Positions 1 to 6,408 of a stretch of 10,380 nucleotides of DNA are shown here, piece by piece. The notes beneath the pieces are model-generated. The model searched no databases. It saw only the letters and a list, made by a program, of their open reading frames with translations, and had not been told where the DNA came from. The translations under genes were made by a program, and so were the position numbers. Origin of the DNA: Spirochaetales bacterium (GTDB taxonomy: Bacteria > Spirochaetota > Spirochaetia > JABEVK01); the NCBI GenBank assembly GCA_037142615.1, contig JBAXAI010000060.1, positions 1-10,380 of the forward strand, given 5' to 3'. Position 1 is the first letter of the stretch. Each line of letters starts with the position of its first letter.

Positions 1-61
1 GTGCGGGACTTGCGGAATATCGTTTGGACGATAGACTCCCCGTGCGGGGTATAGAAAGAAC
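1..61 (-). mobile_element. Possible terIS/5' end of a second IS91/ISCR-like element inserted in the ABC gene
   Basis: On the minus strand, GTTC (58-61) sits where ABC-like sequence stops. It is followed by a CCCCG-CA-CGGGG inverted repeat (38-49). A shifted frame reads LYPARGVYRP, which resembles my recollection of the N-terminal 'GVYRPR' motif of IS91-family transposases. Only 61 nt are visible. Confidence 0.35.
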
Positions 62-574
62 GGTCGACACCGCGATGAACGGCGTCACGAGCAGCAGAAT
101 CGCGGTCAGCCCGGCGTGGATGCTCATCAGCACCGACACCGAGAACAGAAAGATCAGGCTGTTCTCAAAACTCTGGTAAATCACCCACGCCACCAGGTGG
201 CGGCAGGTGTCGAGGTCGCCGGTCATCAGCGCCATGAGGTCGCCGGTCCGGGTGCGGTCGAAGTAAGCGAAGTCGAGGTGCTGGATCTTCACAAACAGGC
301 TTTCGCGCATCGCCTTCACAATGCGCTGGCTGACGTTCTCAAAGGCCATCACGAAGACCCAGCGCAGCGTCATACGCACGATGGTGGCCCCCATGAGCAG
401 GCCCAGCAGCGTCCAAAGCAGGCCGAAGTCGCGCCCCAGAATCACCTTGTCGACCAGCACGCCGGTGAGCGACGGGTTGACCATGCCCAACGCGCTGGCA
501 AACACCGTCAGGACCAGTGCCCCGGCCATGACAAAACGGTAAGGTCTCAAAAAGCTCCAGAACCAGCGGTACAT
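62..574 (-). CDS. ABC exporter (fused TMD-NBD, MsbA/multidrug-like), N-terminal transmembrane part only; appears interrupted at about nt 61
   Basis: Absent from the ORF track because no stop lies in the window. RBS GGAGGAG (578-584) precedes ATG at 574. Manual translation: MYRWFWSFLRPYRFVMAGALVLTVFASALGMVNPSLTGVLVDKVI...AMRESLFVKIQHLDFAYFDRTRTGDLMALMTGDLD...LLLVTPFIAVST. This contains the ABC_membrane 'L.F.YFD..RTGDLM...T.D' signature. Past nt 61 the frame stays open but the peptide (LSIPRTGSLSSKRY) and codons (ATA, CTA, AGT, CGA) no longer look like this gene. Confidence 0.85.
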
Positions 575-660
575 GGGCTCCTCCACGGCCTATGGTACGG
601 CCTCGGGGGCCGACTCGACTATTGCGGTCGTTGACCCGGGCATGTAAAATCTTGACATGC
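575..660. promoter_or_regulatory. Divergent ABC/AraC promoter region with candidate AraC sites
   Basis: Plus strand: TTGCGG (622-627), 17 nt, TAAAAT (645-650), 6 nt, ATG (657). Minus strand: -10-like TACCAT (592-597) with a poor -35. TTGAC direct repeats at 631-635 and 652-656 (21-bp period). Imperfect palindrome GCATGT-N9-ACATGC (640-660). Confidence 0.55.
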
Positions 661-1454
661 AAGTGCTCGGAACCGGCTTCAATTCAGCGACAGGCATCCA
701 GATCCATTCCCACAACGACAGCGACAAGCACGAGTTCCACTACTATGTGGAAGGCCGGGGAACGTTTTGGAACGACGGGGTCGAAATGGCGGTGGAACCG
801 GGGGCCCTCTTTCTGTCGGCTCCGGGAGAAGCCCACGGCGCGGCGGCTCATGGAACGGCGACCCACGGCGCGGCGCGGCCCGAAGGGCGATTCCAGCTGT
901 ACTGGCTGCTATTTTCTGCCAGCGACGACCCAGATGGTTTGTTGCCCCGGCTGCGCAGTCGTTTCGACGGCGGTGCAAAAATCACCATCGGCAAGGGTCA
1001 GTCCACGACGTTTGAAGACATCCGCCGCCGCTGGACCAGTTCTGACCCCCTTTCGCGGCGATCGGCGGACTACCGCTTCGCGACGCTGCTGTGCGACCTG
1101 GTGGCTGGCCCACGGGGGGGTACCAACGTTCCGGTGCACTACATAGAAGAAGCCATGGGAATGATGCAGGCCACGCTTCACGAGCCAGTCGACCTGCGGG
1201 CGCTGTCGGCGCACCTGGGCATCGACAAGGCCTACTTCGTGCGCTTGTTCAAGCGCCACGTGGGGGTGCCACCGATGCGGTACTTCCTCGATCTGCGGCT
1301 CGACTCGGCCAAGCACCGTCTGATGGGCGGCGACGAAAGCCTGCGCACCATCGCACTCGACCTCGGCTTCCACGACGAGTTCCACTTCAGTCACCAGTTC
1401 AAGGCCCACGTCGGCGTCAGCCCGCAGGCGTTCAAGGCCCACCCCGGCGCGTAG
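657..1454 (+). CDS. AraC-family transcriptional regulator with N-terminal cupin ligand-binding domain
   Basis: 265 aa. Cupin motifs HSH...HEFHYYVEGRG and PGEAH. C-terminal double HTH: LSAHLGIDKAYFVRLFKRHVGVPP...LRLDSAKHRL...IALDLGFHDEFHFSHQFKAHVGVSP. Confidence 0.95.
   Translation: MQVLGTGFNSATGIQIHSHNDSDKHEFHYYVEGRGTFWNDGVEMAVEPGALFLSAPGEAHGAAAHGTATHGAARPEGRFQLYWLLFSASDDPDGLLPRLRSRFDGGAKITIGKGQSTTFEDIRRRWTSSDPLSRRSADYRFATLLCDLVAGPRGGTNVPVHYIEEAMGMMQATLHEPVDLRALSAHLGIDKAYFVRLFKRHVGVPPMRYFLDLRLDSAKHRLMGGDESLRTIALDLGFHDEFHFSHQFKAHVGVSPQAFKAHPGA
831..875 (+). repeat. Three tandem in-frame 15-nt repeats inside the araC gene
   Basis: GCCCACGGCGCGGCG / GCTCATGGAACGGCG / ACCCACGGCGCGGCG, encoding AHGAA-AHGTA-THGAA. 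Confidence 0.8.
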
Positions 1455-1475
1455 TGTACCGGGGTGGGGTTCCTC

Positions 1476-1805
1476 TTACTTCAGCGTGACGGTGACAGCG
1501 GCCAGGACTTTCTTGGCGTCCTCGGTGTAGGCCACCTCGACCTTTTCGCCTTTTTTCAGTGTGGCAGGAAGGAAGGCCTTCTTGTCCTTGCCGGTGAATA
1601 CCGTTTTGGCGTCGAGAACAAAGGTCTCGTCCTTGGTGCCGACCTTGACGACGAGTTCATCGGGGGTCTTCTTGGCGGGGTCGGCGGCCTTGAACGAAAC
1701 AACCGTACCCGTGACGGTCTTGACGGCGGCTTTGGCGTCGGCGGCGAACGCGGCTCCCCCCAGAACGAACGAAACCAGAGCGGCGAACAAAGCGAACTTG
1801 CGCAT
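1476..1805 (-). CDS. Small exported Lys/Val/Thr-rich beta protein, probably OB-fold-like (DUF5666/DUF1344-type)
   Basis: RBS CAGGAG before ATG at 1805 gives 109 aa. Sec signal peptide MRKFALFAALVSFVLGGAAFA|AD. Mature part has the 'GTVVS...LVVK...ETFVLDAKT...LKKGEKVEVAY' pattern. The fold call is pattern recognition. Confidence 0.75.
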   Translation of the reverse strand: MRKFALFAALVSFVLGGAAFAADAKAAVKTVTGTVVSFKAADPAKKTPDELVVKVGTKDETFVLDAKTVFTGKDKKAFLPATLKKGEKVEVAYTEDAKKVLAAVTVTLK

Positions 1806-1855
1806 GAAAATCTCCTGAACAGAACGTGGATACGACCTCCAAGAGGTCTGTCTCC

Positions 1856-1908
1856 AACATAACTGCGCCACCTGAGAGGACCCTTAGTTGCCGATGAGAT
1901 TGTTCTTA
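1856..1908 (-). promoter_or_regulatory. Candidate response-regulator-activated promoter for the exported protein
   Basis: TAAG-N5-TCTCA occurs twice with a 22-bp period (plus-strand TGAGA-N5-CTTA at 1873-1886 and 1895-1908). A -10-like TATGTT lies at 1856-1861, so the proximal copy overlaps the -35 position. A leader hairpin GACCTC-N3-GAGGTC lies at 1834-1848. Confidence 0.5.
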
Positions 1909-3356
1909 TTTGAGGAAGAACCGCGGTCGATCGGCAGCGACAGGCGGAATCCCGCCCCTCCGCTAGCGGGGTTGTAGGCCACCAGACGTCCTCCGTGGAG
2001 TTCGACGGCAGCCCGGGCGATCGGCAGACCTAAACCGTAACCGGGTCGGCCATCGGCCATTTTCGTGAACCTCTCGAAGATGGTCTCCTCGGTCCCAGGC
2101 TCTAGCTCCGGCCCCTGGTTCTCGACCTCCAGCAGCGCGAAGCCCGCCTGTTCGTGAAGCCGGAAGGTGACAAACCCGCCGGACGGGCTGTACTTGACGG
2201 CGTTGTCGAGCAGATTGAGCAAGGCCTGCCCCAACCTGTCGGCGTCCAGGGCGACGGGCAGCGGGCCCGAAACCTGCCACACCGGAGCGAGGTCTTTCGA
2301 CGACAGCAACAGCGAAAAATCCTCAACCCACTGACGGCAGAAGTGCCCCAAGTCGACCACGCGGGTCTGCAGAATCAACTGCTGGGAATCCAGACGGGCC
2401 AGCAACAGCAGGTTCTCGATCAGGTGCGACATGCGGCTCACCTCGTCGAGGTTACTCTCGAGGATCGTTTGGTATACGTCCCCGGTGCGCACCTGGGTCA
2501 GGGCAGTCTCCAGCGTGCCGGTCAAGATGGCTAGCGGCGTCTTGAGCTGGTGAGAAAGGTCCTGGAACAGCCGCGTTTGAAACTGGAAGCCGCGGTCCAA
2601 CCGGTCGAGCATGGCGTTGAAAGTGACCGACAGCCGTTGGATTTCGTCGGGGGTCGCTGGAACGGGCACCCGAACTGACAAATTCTTTGCCGTGATGCGC
2701 CGGATGTCGGCGACCAAGCGGTCAACTGGCAGCAACGCCCGCTTGAGCGCCAAACTCACCAGCCAGGCCCCGGCCACCAGGAGAACGGCGACCGCCGCCA
2801 TCAGCAGGCCCTGCACCTGTGACAGGGTGCCCCGCAGCGCTTCGACGGGGCTCAGCACCTGAACAAATCCTTGAACCTCCCCGTCGAGGTGGACAGGGAC
2901 CGTTGCGACACGGAAGGTGTTCTTCTGATCGGAGGCGTCGATGACCGTTGCCAGCGAGCGGTGCACGCTGCCGGAACGGGCCACCTTGAGCACCTCGGCG
3001 TCGGGAACATCCACGGCATTGGGCACGTGGGTCGACAGCAGCACCTGGCCGTTGGTATCGAGCAGGCTGGTCATCGTGGGCAGCGACGCCGGGACGTCCT
3101 TGGGTTCGGTGAAGAGGTCTTTGAGGCCTTCGGTGAGGGCCCCGGTGAGCACAAGGCTGACCTTGGGCTTCTGCGACGACAACCAAGACTCGACGGCCAC
3201 AGCGGTGGCGGTGGCTTGCGCCGAAAGCGCCCCGTCCAAGGCACCGGTGAGCTGCTGGTCGAGCAGCCAGAACAGCAGGACCGTCCCCGCCAACAGCACC
3301 AACGCGTTGGCCGCCACCGACCACAGCGTCACCCGCAGGCGCAGGCCGAAGTTCAC
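1884..3356 (-). CDS. Membrane sensor histidine kinase (TCS1; CusS/CzcS-like architecture: 2 TM, periplasmic domain, HAMP, HisKA, HATPase)
   Basis: GTG start at 3356 overlaps the regulator stop (GTGA), giving 490 aa. HAMP 'NLSVRVPV...DEIQRLSVTFNAMLDRL', H-box DLSHQLKTPL, N-box NLLDNAVKYS, F-box IFERF, G2 GYGLGL. Confidence 0.93.
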   Translation of the reverse strand: MNFGLRLRVTLWSVAANALVLLAGTVLLFWLLDQQLTGALDGALSAQATATAVAVESWLSSQKPKVSLVLTGALTEGLKDLFTEPKDVPASLPTMTSLLDTNGQVLLSTHVPNAVDVPDAEVLKVARSGSVHRSLATVIDASDQKNTFRVATVPVHLDGEVQGFVQVLSPVEALRGTLSQVQGLLMAAVAVLLVAGAWLVSLALKRALLPVDRLVADIRRITAKNLSVRVPVPATPDEIQRLSVTFNAMLDRLDRGFQFQTRLFQDLSHQLKTPLAILTGTLETALTQVRTGDVYQTILESNLDEVSRMSHLIENLLLLARLDSQQLILQTRVVDLGHFCRQWVEDFSLLLSSKDLAPVWQVSGPLPVALDADRLGQALLNLLDNAVKYSPSGGFVTFRLHEQAGFALLEVENQGPELEPGTEETIFERFTKMADGRPGYGLGLPIARAAVELHGGRLVAYNPASGGAGFRLSLPIDRGSSSNKNNLIGN

Positions 3357-4027
3357 GCCTCGCCCCCGATCTGGTAGCCTCGCCCCCGCAGCGTACGGAT
3401 GAGCTTGACCGGCGAGTCGGCGTCGATCTTCTTGCGCAGGTAGTTGATGTACACCTCGATGATGTTGGTCGCGGTGTGAAAGTCGAGGTTCCAAACGTGC
3501 TCGCTGATCATGTTGCGGGTGACGACCCTACCTTGGCACCTCAGCAGATACTCCAGCAGGGCAAACTCTTTGTTGGACAGGTCAATCTGCCGCCCTGCCC
3601 TCTCGACCTTGCGGCTGAGCAGGTCGAGGTTCAAGTCGCCGCACGAAAGCACCGTCGCCTGTTCGGAGTCTTTTTTGCGCAGCAGAGCGCGGATGCGGGC
3701 CAAGAACTCCTCGAAGTCAAAGGGCTTGGACAGGTAGTCGTCGGCACCAGCGTCGAGCCCTGCGATTTTGTCGGGAACCGTTCCCAGCGCCGAGAGCATC
3801 AGCACGGGCATGGAGCGCCGGTGCTTCCTGAGTGCGCGGCAGACGCCCAGGCCGTCGAGACCGGGCAACACCACGTCGAGAACCACCACGTCGTAGTCCT
3901 TCTGGCGGGCCGCTGCCAGCGCCTCGCGCCCGTCGGTCAGGCATTCTACCTCGTAGCCGGCCTCATTCAGACCGCGCTTTACGAACTGGGCGATTTTCTC
4001 TTCGTCTTCGACAACCAGGATGAGCAT
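3353..4027 (-). CDS. OmpR/PhoB-family response regulator (TCS1; CusR/CzcR-like)
   Basis: RBS GAGGT before ATG at 4027 gives 224 aa. Motifs ILVVEDE, VVLDVVLPGLDG, GLDAGADDYLSKPF, and winged helix TNIIEVYINYLRKKID...LIRTLRGRGY. Confidence 0.95.
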   Translation of the reverse strand: MLILVVEDEEKIAQFVKRGLNEAGYEVECLTDGREALAAARQKDYDVVVLDVVLPGLDGLGVCRALRKHRRSMPVLMLSALGTVPDKIAGLDAGADDYLSKPFDFEEFLARIRALLRKKDSEQATVLSCGDLNLDLLSRKVERAGRQIDLSNKEFALLEYLLRCQGRVVTRNMISEHVWNLDFHTATNIIEVYINYLRKKIDADSPVKLIRTLRGRGYQIGGEA

Positions 4028-4084
4028 GGCACACCTCGAAGACAAAACACCCGGTACTGCAAAAGGAAACACCGCCGGGTGCTC

Positions 4085-4117
4085 GGCCTTCCCCTGCGGG
4101 CTGTGCAGGGGAAGGCC
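4085..4117 (-). terminator. Perfect 13-bp stem-loop just after the histone-fold gene stop (terminator-like or 3' stabilising hairpin)
   Basis: GGCCTTCCCCTGC (4085-4097), 7-nt loop, GCAGGGGAAGGCC (4105-4117), 14 nt past the stop codon. There is no adjacent U-tract. A second weaker stem, CACCCGG...CCGGGTG (4048-4081), is followed by TTTTGTCTT on the minus strand. Confidence 0.65.
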
Positions 4118-4131
4118 TGGACAACTGTGTC

Positions 4132-4316
4132 CTAGAAGTCTTTCTCGAGCAACGTCTTGCGGGCGTCGGCCTTGGCGCTCTTGATCGCCGCGTCACACAG
4201 CTCGCGCACTTTGTCTGAAAGCACATCAATCACGGCCGCCGAGCACTTCAGGTCCGAAGCCTCCTGATGTAGGCCTTCACCTTCGAAGCAATCACCAGAG
4301 TCTCTTTTTCTGCCAT
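4132..4316 (-). pseudogene. Bacterial histone-fold protein (Bd0055/HBb-like singlet) with an apparent 1-nt deletion near 4264-4267 (sequencing error or genuine frameshift)
   Basis: RBS AAAGGGGA precedes ATG at 4316, which reads MAEKETLVIASKVKAYI, then AGG AGG CTT CGG ACC TGA. The -1 frame continues EASDLKCSAAVIDVLSDKVRELCDAAIKSAKADARKTLLEKDF*. Restoring one base gives a 61-aa protein with the LV..SKVK..IK helix 1 and the RKTxxxxD histone-fold motif. Confidence 0.88.
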
Positions 4317-4374
4317 CTTCGTTCCCCTTTATTTTCGAAACTTTCCGATCGACCACAGGACCGGCTATCCGTTC

Positions 4375-4403
4375 ATCATTCCGGGTCTGTCGGCGGCGGT
4401 CAA
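4375..4403 (-). promoter_or_regulatory. Sigma70-like promoter for the histone-fold gene
   Basis: TTGACC (4398-4403), 17 nt, AATGAT (4375-4380), about 60 nt upstream of the ATG at 4316. Confidence 0.5.
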
Positions 4404-4436
4404 GGGCAGATTGAAAAGAAAGGGAGAGTTTGGTGG

Positions 4437-5948
4437 CTACGAGGGTGCCGAATACCCCGAGAAGAGGTCCGAACGGATGCGCCAGCGCGGTACGCCGAGT
4501 CGTGCCAGCTCGCGTCGCAGGTGGGCGACAAAGCCGCTGGTCCCCGAAAGGTAGTAGACGGCCTGGCGAGGTTGGTCAACCTGTGCGACGATTTGGCTCG
4601 CGCCCAGCCGCCCTTGCTCGCTGGTGATGGTGGTGAACGTCTGGGCCCCCAAGGTCGACGCCGCCTCGCCAAACACGTCGGCATACAGCTGGTCGCTCTT
4701 GTTTCGATACGACAGCAACAACGTCAAGGGACGCCGTTCCTGACGATCCAGCATGTCCTGAACCATGCTCCGGAACGGGGTGACTCCGACCCCTCCTCCG
4801 ATGAGGACGAGCGGCCGCTGCAACTTGCGGGGCAGCACGAAGTCTCCCCCCAGCTCCGAAGCCCACATCGTGTCGCCCGGGGCCAGCTCGAGCAGGCGGG
4901 CCTTAAAGGCGCTGGGTCGCGCCGGGATTCTTACCCCGAAGGCCACGACTGCCTCGCCCGGAGCCGACGAGAGGCTGAACACCCGGCGGTTGCCGCGCTG
5001 GTCGCTGGCACCTGGCAGGGTCCATTCCATGGACTGGCCAGGACGGTAGTTGAGGGCTCCTGTGGTGCGAAAAGCAAACTCCCACAGGCCGGGAGCGAGC
5101 TCTGTCTTGCGCGTCAGGGTCACCCGGTGCCGAGTCTGGGGATTCATGAACCACGACGCCACGTTGCCGAGGGCCAGCGCCCACTCGGGCGAAAAGTTGA
5201 AGCCAAAGAGCGACAGTTGCGGCAGCGCGAAAAAGGCCACGATCACGGCGTACACCATCTGCCGACCTTTGGTGCGTGGCGAGGTGATGGGCTCAGTGAG
5301 CATCACCACGGCAAGGAACACCTTTTCGGTGCTGCCAAACAGCAACACGAGGTTTTGCAGTGCTTCGGGAAGGGCCAGTCCCTGCACCAAGCCGTTGCCA
5401 ACTGCCAGAACGGAGTAGACCACGAGGAAAAACCCGACCAGAAACCCCCGTCGCGTCTTGATAACCACCAGAAGACCCCCCAGGGCCACCAGCGGCAGCA
5501 GAAGCGTTTGCCCCACCCACCAGCTGGCGTACTCCTGGAACAGCAGTCCTGTGAGCAGCACGCCCACAATCACGGGGTTGAAGACGTGGCGCCGGCCCCA
5601 AACCAGCAGGTATTTCGAGGCAATCGCCAGAAAGGCTGCGGCGCCCATGAAACCCAGACGCAGCGGCTCGGTCGTCGAAGCCGGTGAAAGAACCAAGGCC
5701 AAAATGAGCGCCGTGATGAGCGTCGACTCCCAGTTGCCGCCGGTGCGAAACACCTTCGAAAAAGCCCAGTTCGCCAGCAGCGCCACCGCGATCAACACGC
5801 TGGTGGTCTGCACAAGCGCGAGCGGCCCCGCTCCATCGGCGGGCAACCACCCCAGGACGCCTGCCGCCAAAGCGGCAAGAAGCAGGCCCCCCAGATAGTA
5901 GGCTGTGAGCCGGAACATGGTGATTCGGTCGAGCAGGCGGTTCAGCAT
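4437..5948 (-). CDS. Membrane oxidoreductase: RnfD/NqrB-like polytopic membrane domain fused to an FNR-family FAD/NAD(P)-binding domain
   Basis: RBS GAGGAA before ATG at 5948 gives 503 aa. N-terminal hydrophobic region with 'STLITALIL', 'AIASKYLL..GRRHVFNP' and 'VMLTEPITSP' (RnfD/NqrB-like). C-terminal 'YRPGQ', 'RRVFSLSSAP', 'IGGGVGVTPFRSM', 'YYLSGT', 'SDLFSGY' (FNR-like). Confidence 0.9.
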   Translation of the reverse strand: MLNRLLDRITMFRLTAYYLGGLLLAALAAGVLGWLPADGAGPLALVQTTSVLIAVALLANWAFSKVFRTGGNWESTLITALILALVLSPASTTEPLRLGFMGAAAFLAIASKYLLVWGRRHVFNPVIVGVLLTGLLFQEYASWWVGQTLLLPLVALGGLLVVIKTRRGFLVGFFLVVYSVLAVGNGLVQGLALPEALQNLVLLFGSTEKVFLAVVMLTEPITSPRTKGRQMVYAVIVAFFALPQLSLFGFNFSPEWALALGNVASWFMNPQTRHRVTLTRKTELAPGLWEFAFRTTGALNYRPGQSMEWTLPGASDQRGNRRVFSLSSAPGEAVVAFGVRIPARPSAFKARLLELAPGDTMWASELGGDFVLPRKLQRPLVLIGGGVGVTPFRSMVQDMLDRQERRPLTLLLSYRNKSDQLYADVFGEAASTLGAQTFTTITSEQGRLGASQIVAQVDQPRQAVYYLSGTSGFVAHLRRELARLGVPRWRIRSDLFSGYSAPS

Positions 5949-5959
5949 GGCACGTTCCT

Positions 5960-6319
5960 CTACTGGGCGGCTTTTTTGAGGGCCGAAGTCAGCGACTTGG
6001 CAAAGGCCTCGCTGGTGAGGGTCGCACCCGAGATCACGTCGACCGAGCTGCTGTTGGAATCCATGGCCTGGCGTGCCAGCGTGGGCAGCGCGTAGTTGCT
6101 GATGCTGTTCGATCGGTTGGTGTGGTTGGGATATTCCAACACCTGGATACGGGTGATCTTTCCTCCGGCGATGGTTGCCTGTACCTGCACGTAGCCCCAC
6201 AGCGCGTTGGCCCGAAGGCCGACGAACACGCCGTTGCCCAAGCTGTACGCAAACGCCGAAGTCACCGTGACCGCCAGCAAGAGGGCGGTTCCCACCAAGA
6301 TCTTCTGATATTTCTTCAT
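5960..6319 (-). CDS. Exported FMN-binding domain protein (FMN_bind; predicted covalent flavinylation at Thr100)
   Basis: RBS AAGGAG before ATG at 6319 gives 119 aa. Signal peptide ends SAFA|Y. Contains 'WGYVQVQATIAGGKITRIQVLEYP' and the ApbE target motif VDVISGATLTS. Confidence 0.93.
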   Translation of the reverse strand: MKKYQKILVGTALLLAVTVTSAFAYSLGNGVFVGLRANALWGYVQVQATIAGGKITRIQVLEYPNHTNRSNSISNYALPTLARQAMDSNSSSVDVISGATLTSEAFAKSLTSALKKAAQ

Positions 6320-6349
6320 CGCAAACTCCTTTTCTGTCGCTCTGATTTC

Positions 6350-6382
6350 AGGATCGGAGCTCAAGATGAAGGGCCGATGAAG
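6350..6382 (-). promoter_or_regulatory. Response-regulator box A (11-bp-period direct repeat) and -10-like element upstream of the FMN-binding gene
   Basis: CTTCATC-ggcc-CTTCATC (6376-6382, 6365-6371), 9 nt, then GATCCT (6350-6355). Geometry is identical to box B. Confidence 0.7.
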
Positions 6383-6408
6383 TCGGTGGAAAAATCGAAA
6401 AATCTGTT

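Noticed and set aside
46-57. TTTCTATACCC (minus strand) as an ISCR oriIS
   Set aside because: The DNA upstream of it on that strand is the ABC gene, not a transposase 3' region, so the geometry is wrong for an oriIS.
116-634. Plus-strand 172-aa ORF and other long antisense ORFs (4521-5687, 3476-4135, 7304-8131, 9427-10044)
   Set aside because: These are shadow frames of GC-rich genes on the opposite strand, with no recognisable motifs.
1455-1475. Terminator between convergent araC and the exported-protein gene
   Set aside because: The 21-nt gap has no convincing stem or U-tract.
1884-3494. Extended kinase start at 3494
   Set aside because: It overlaps the regulator by 142 nt. The GTG at 3356 coupled to the regulator stop is more plausible.
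4132-4356. 74-aa ORF MVDRKVSK... as the true product
   Set aside because: Its N-terminal 31 aa have no good RBS and no histone similarity. The histone helix 1 and the RBS belong to the frame starting at 4316.
4437-6200. Extended oxidoreductase start at 6200
   Set aside because: It runs out of frame through the FMN-binding gene. The ATG at 5948 has an RBS.
4437-6319. A genuine Rnf or Na+-NQR operon
   Set aside because: No RnfA/B/C/E or NqrA/D/E subunits are present, and the fusion architecture differs, so rnfD/rnfG symbols were not assigned.
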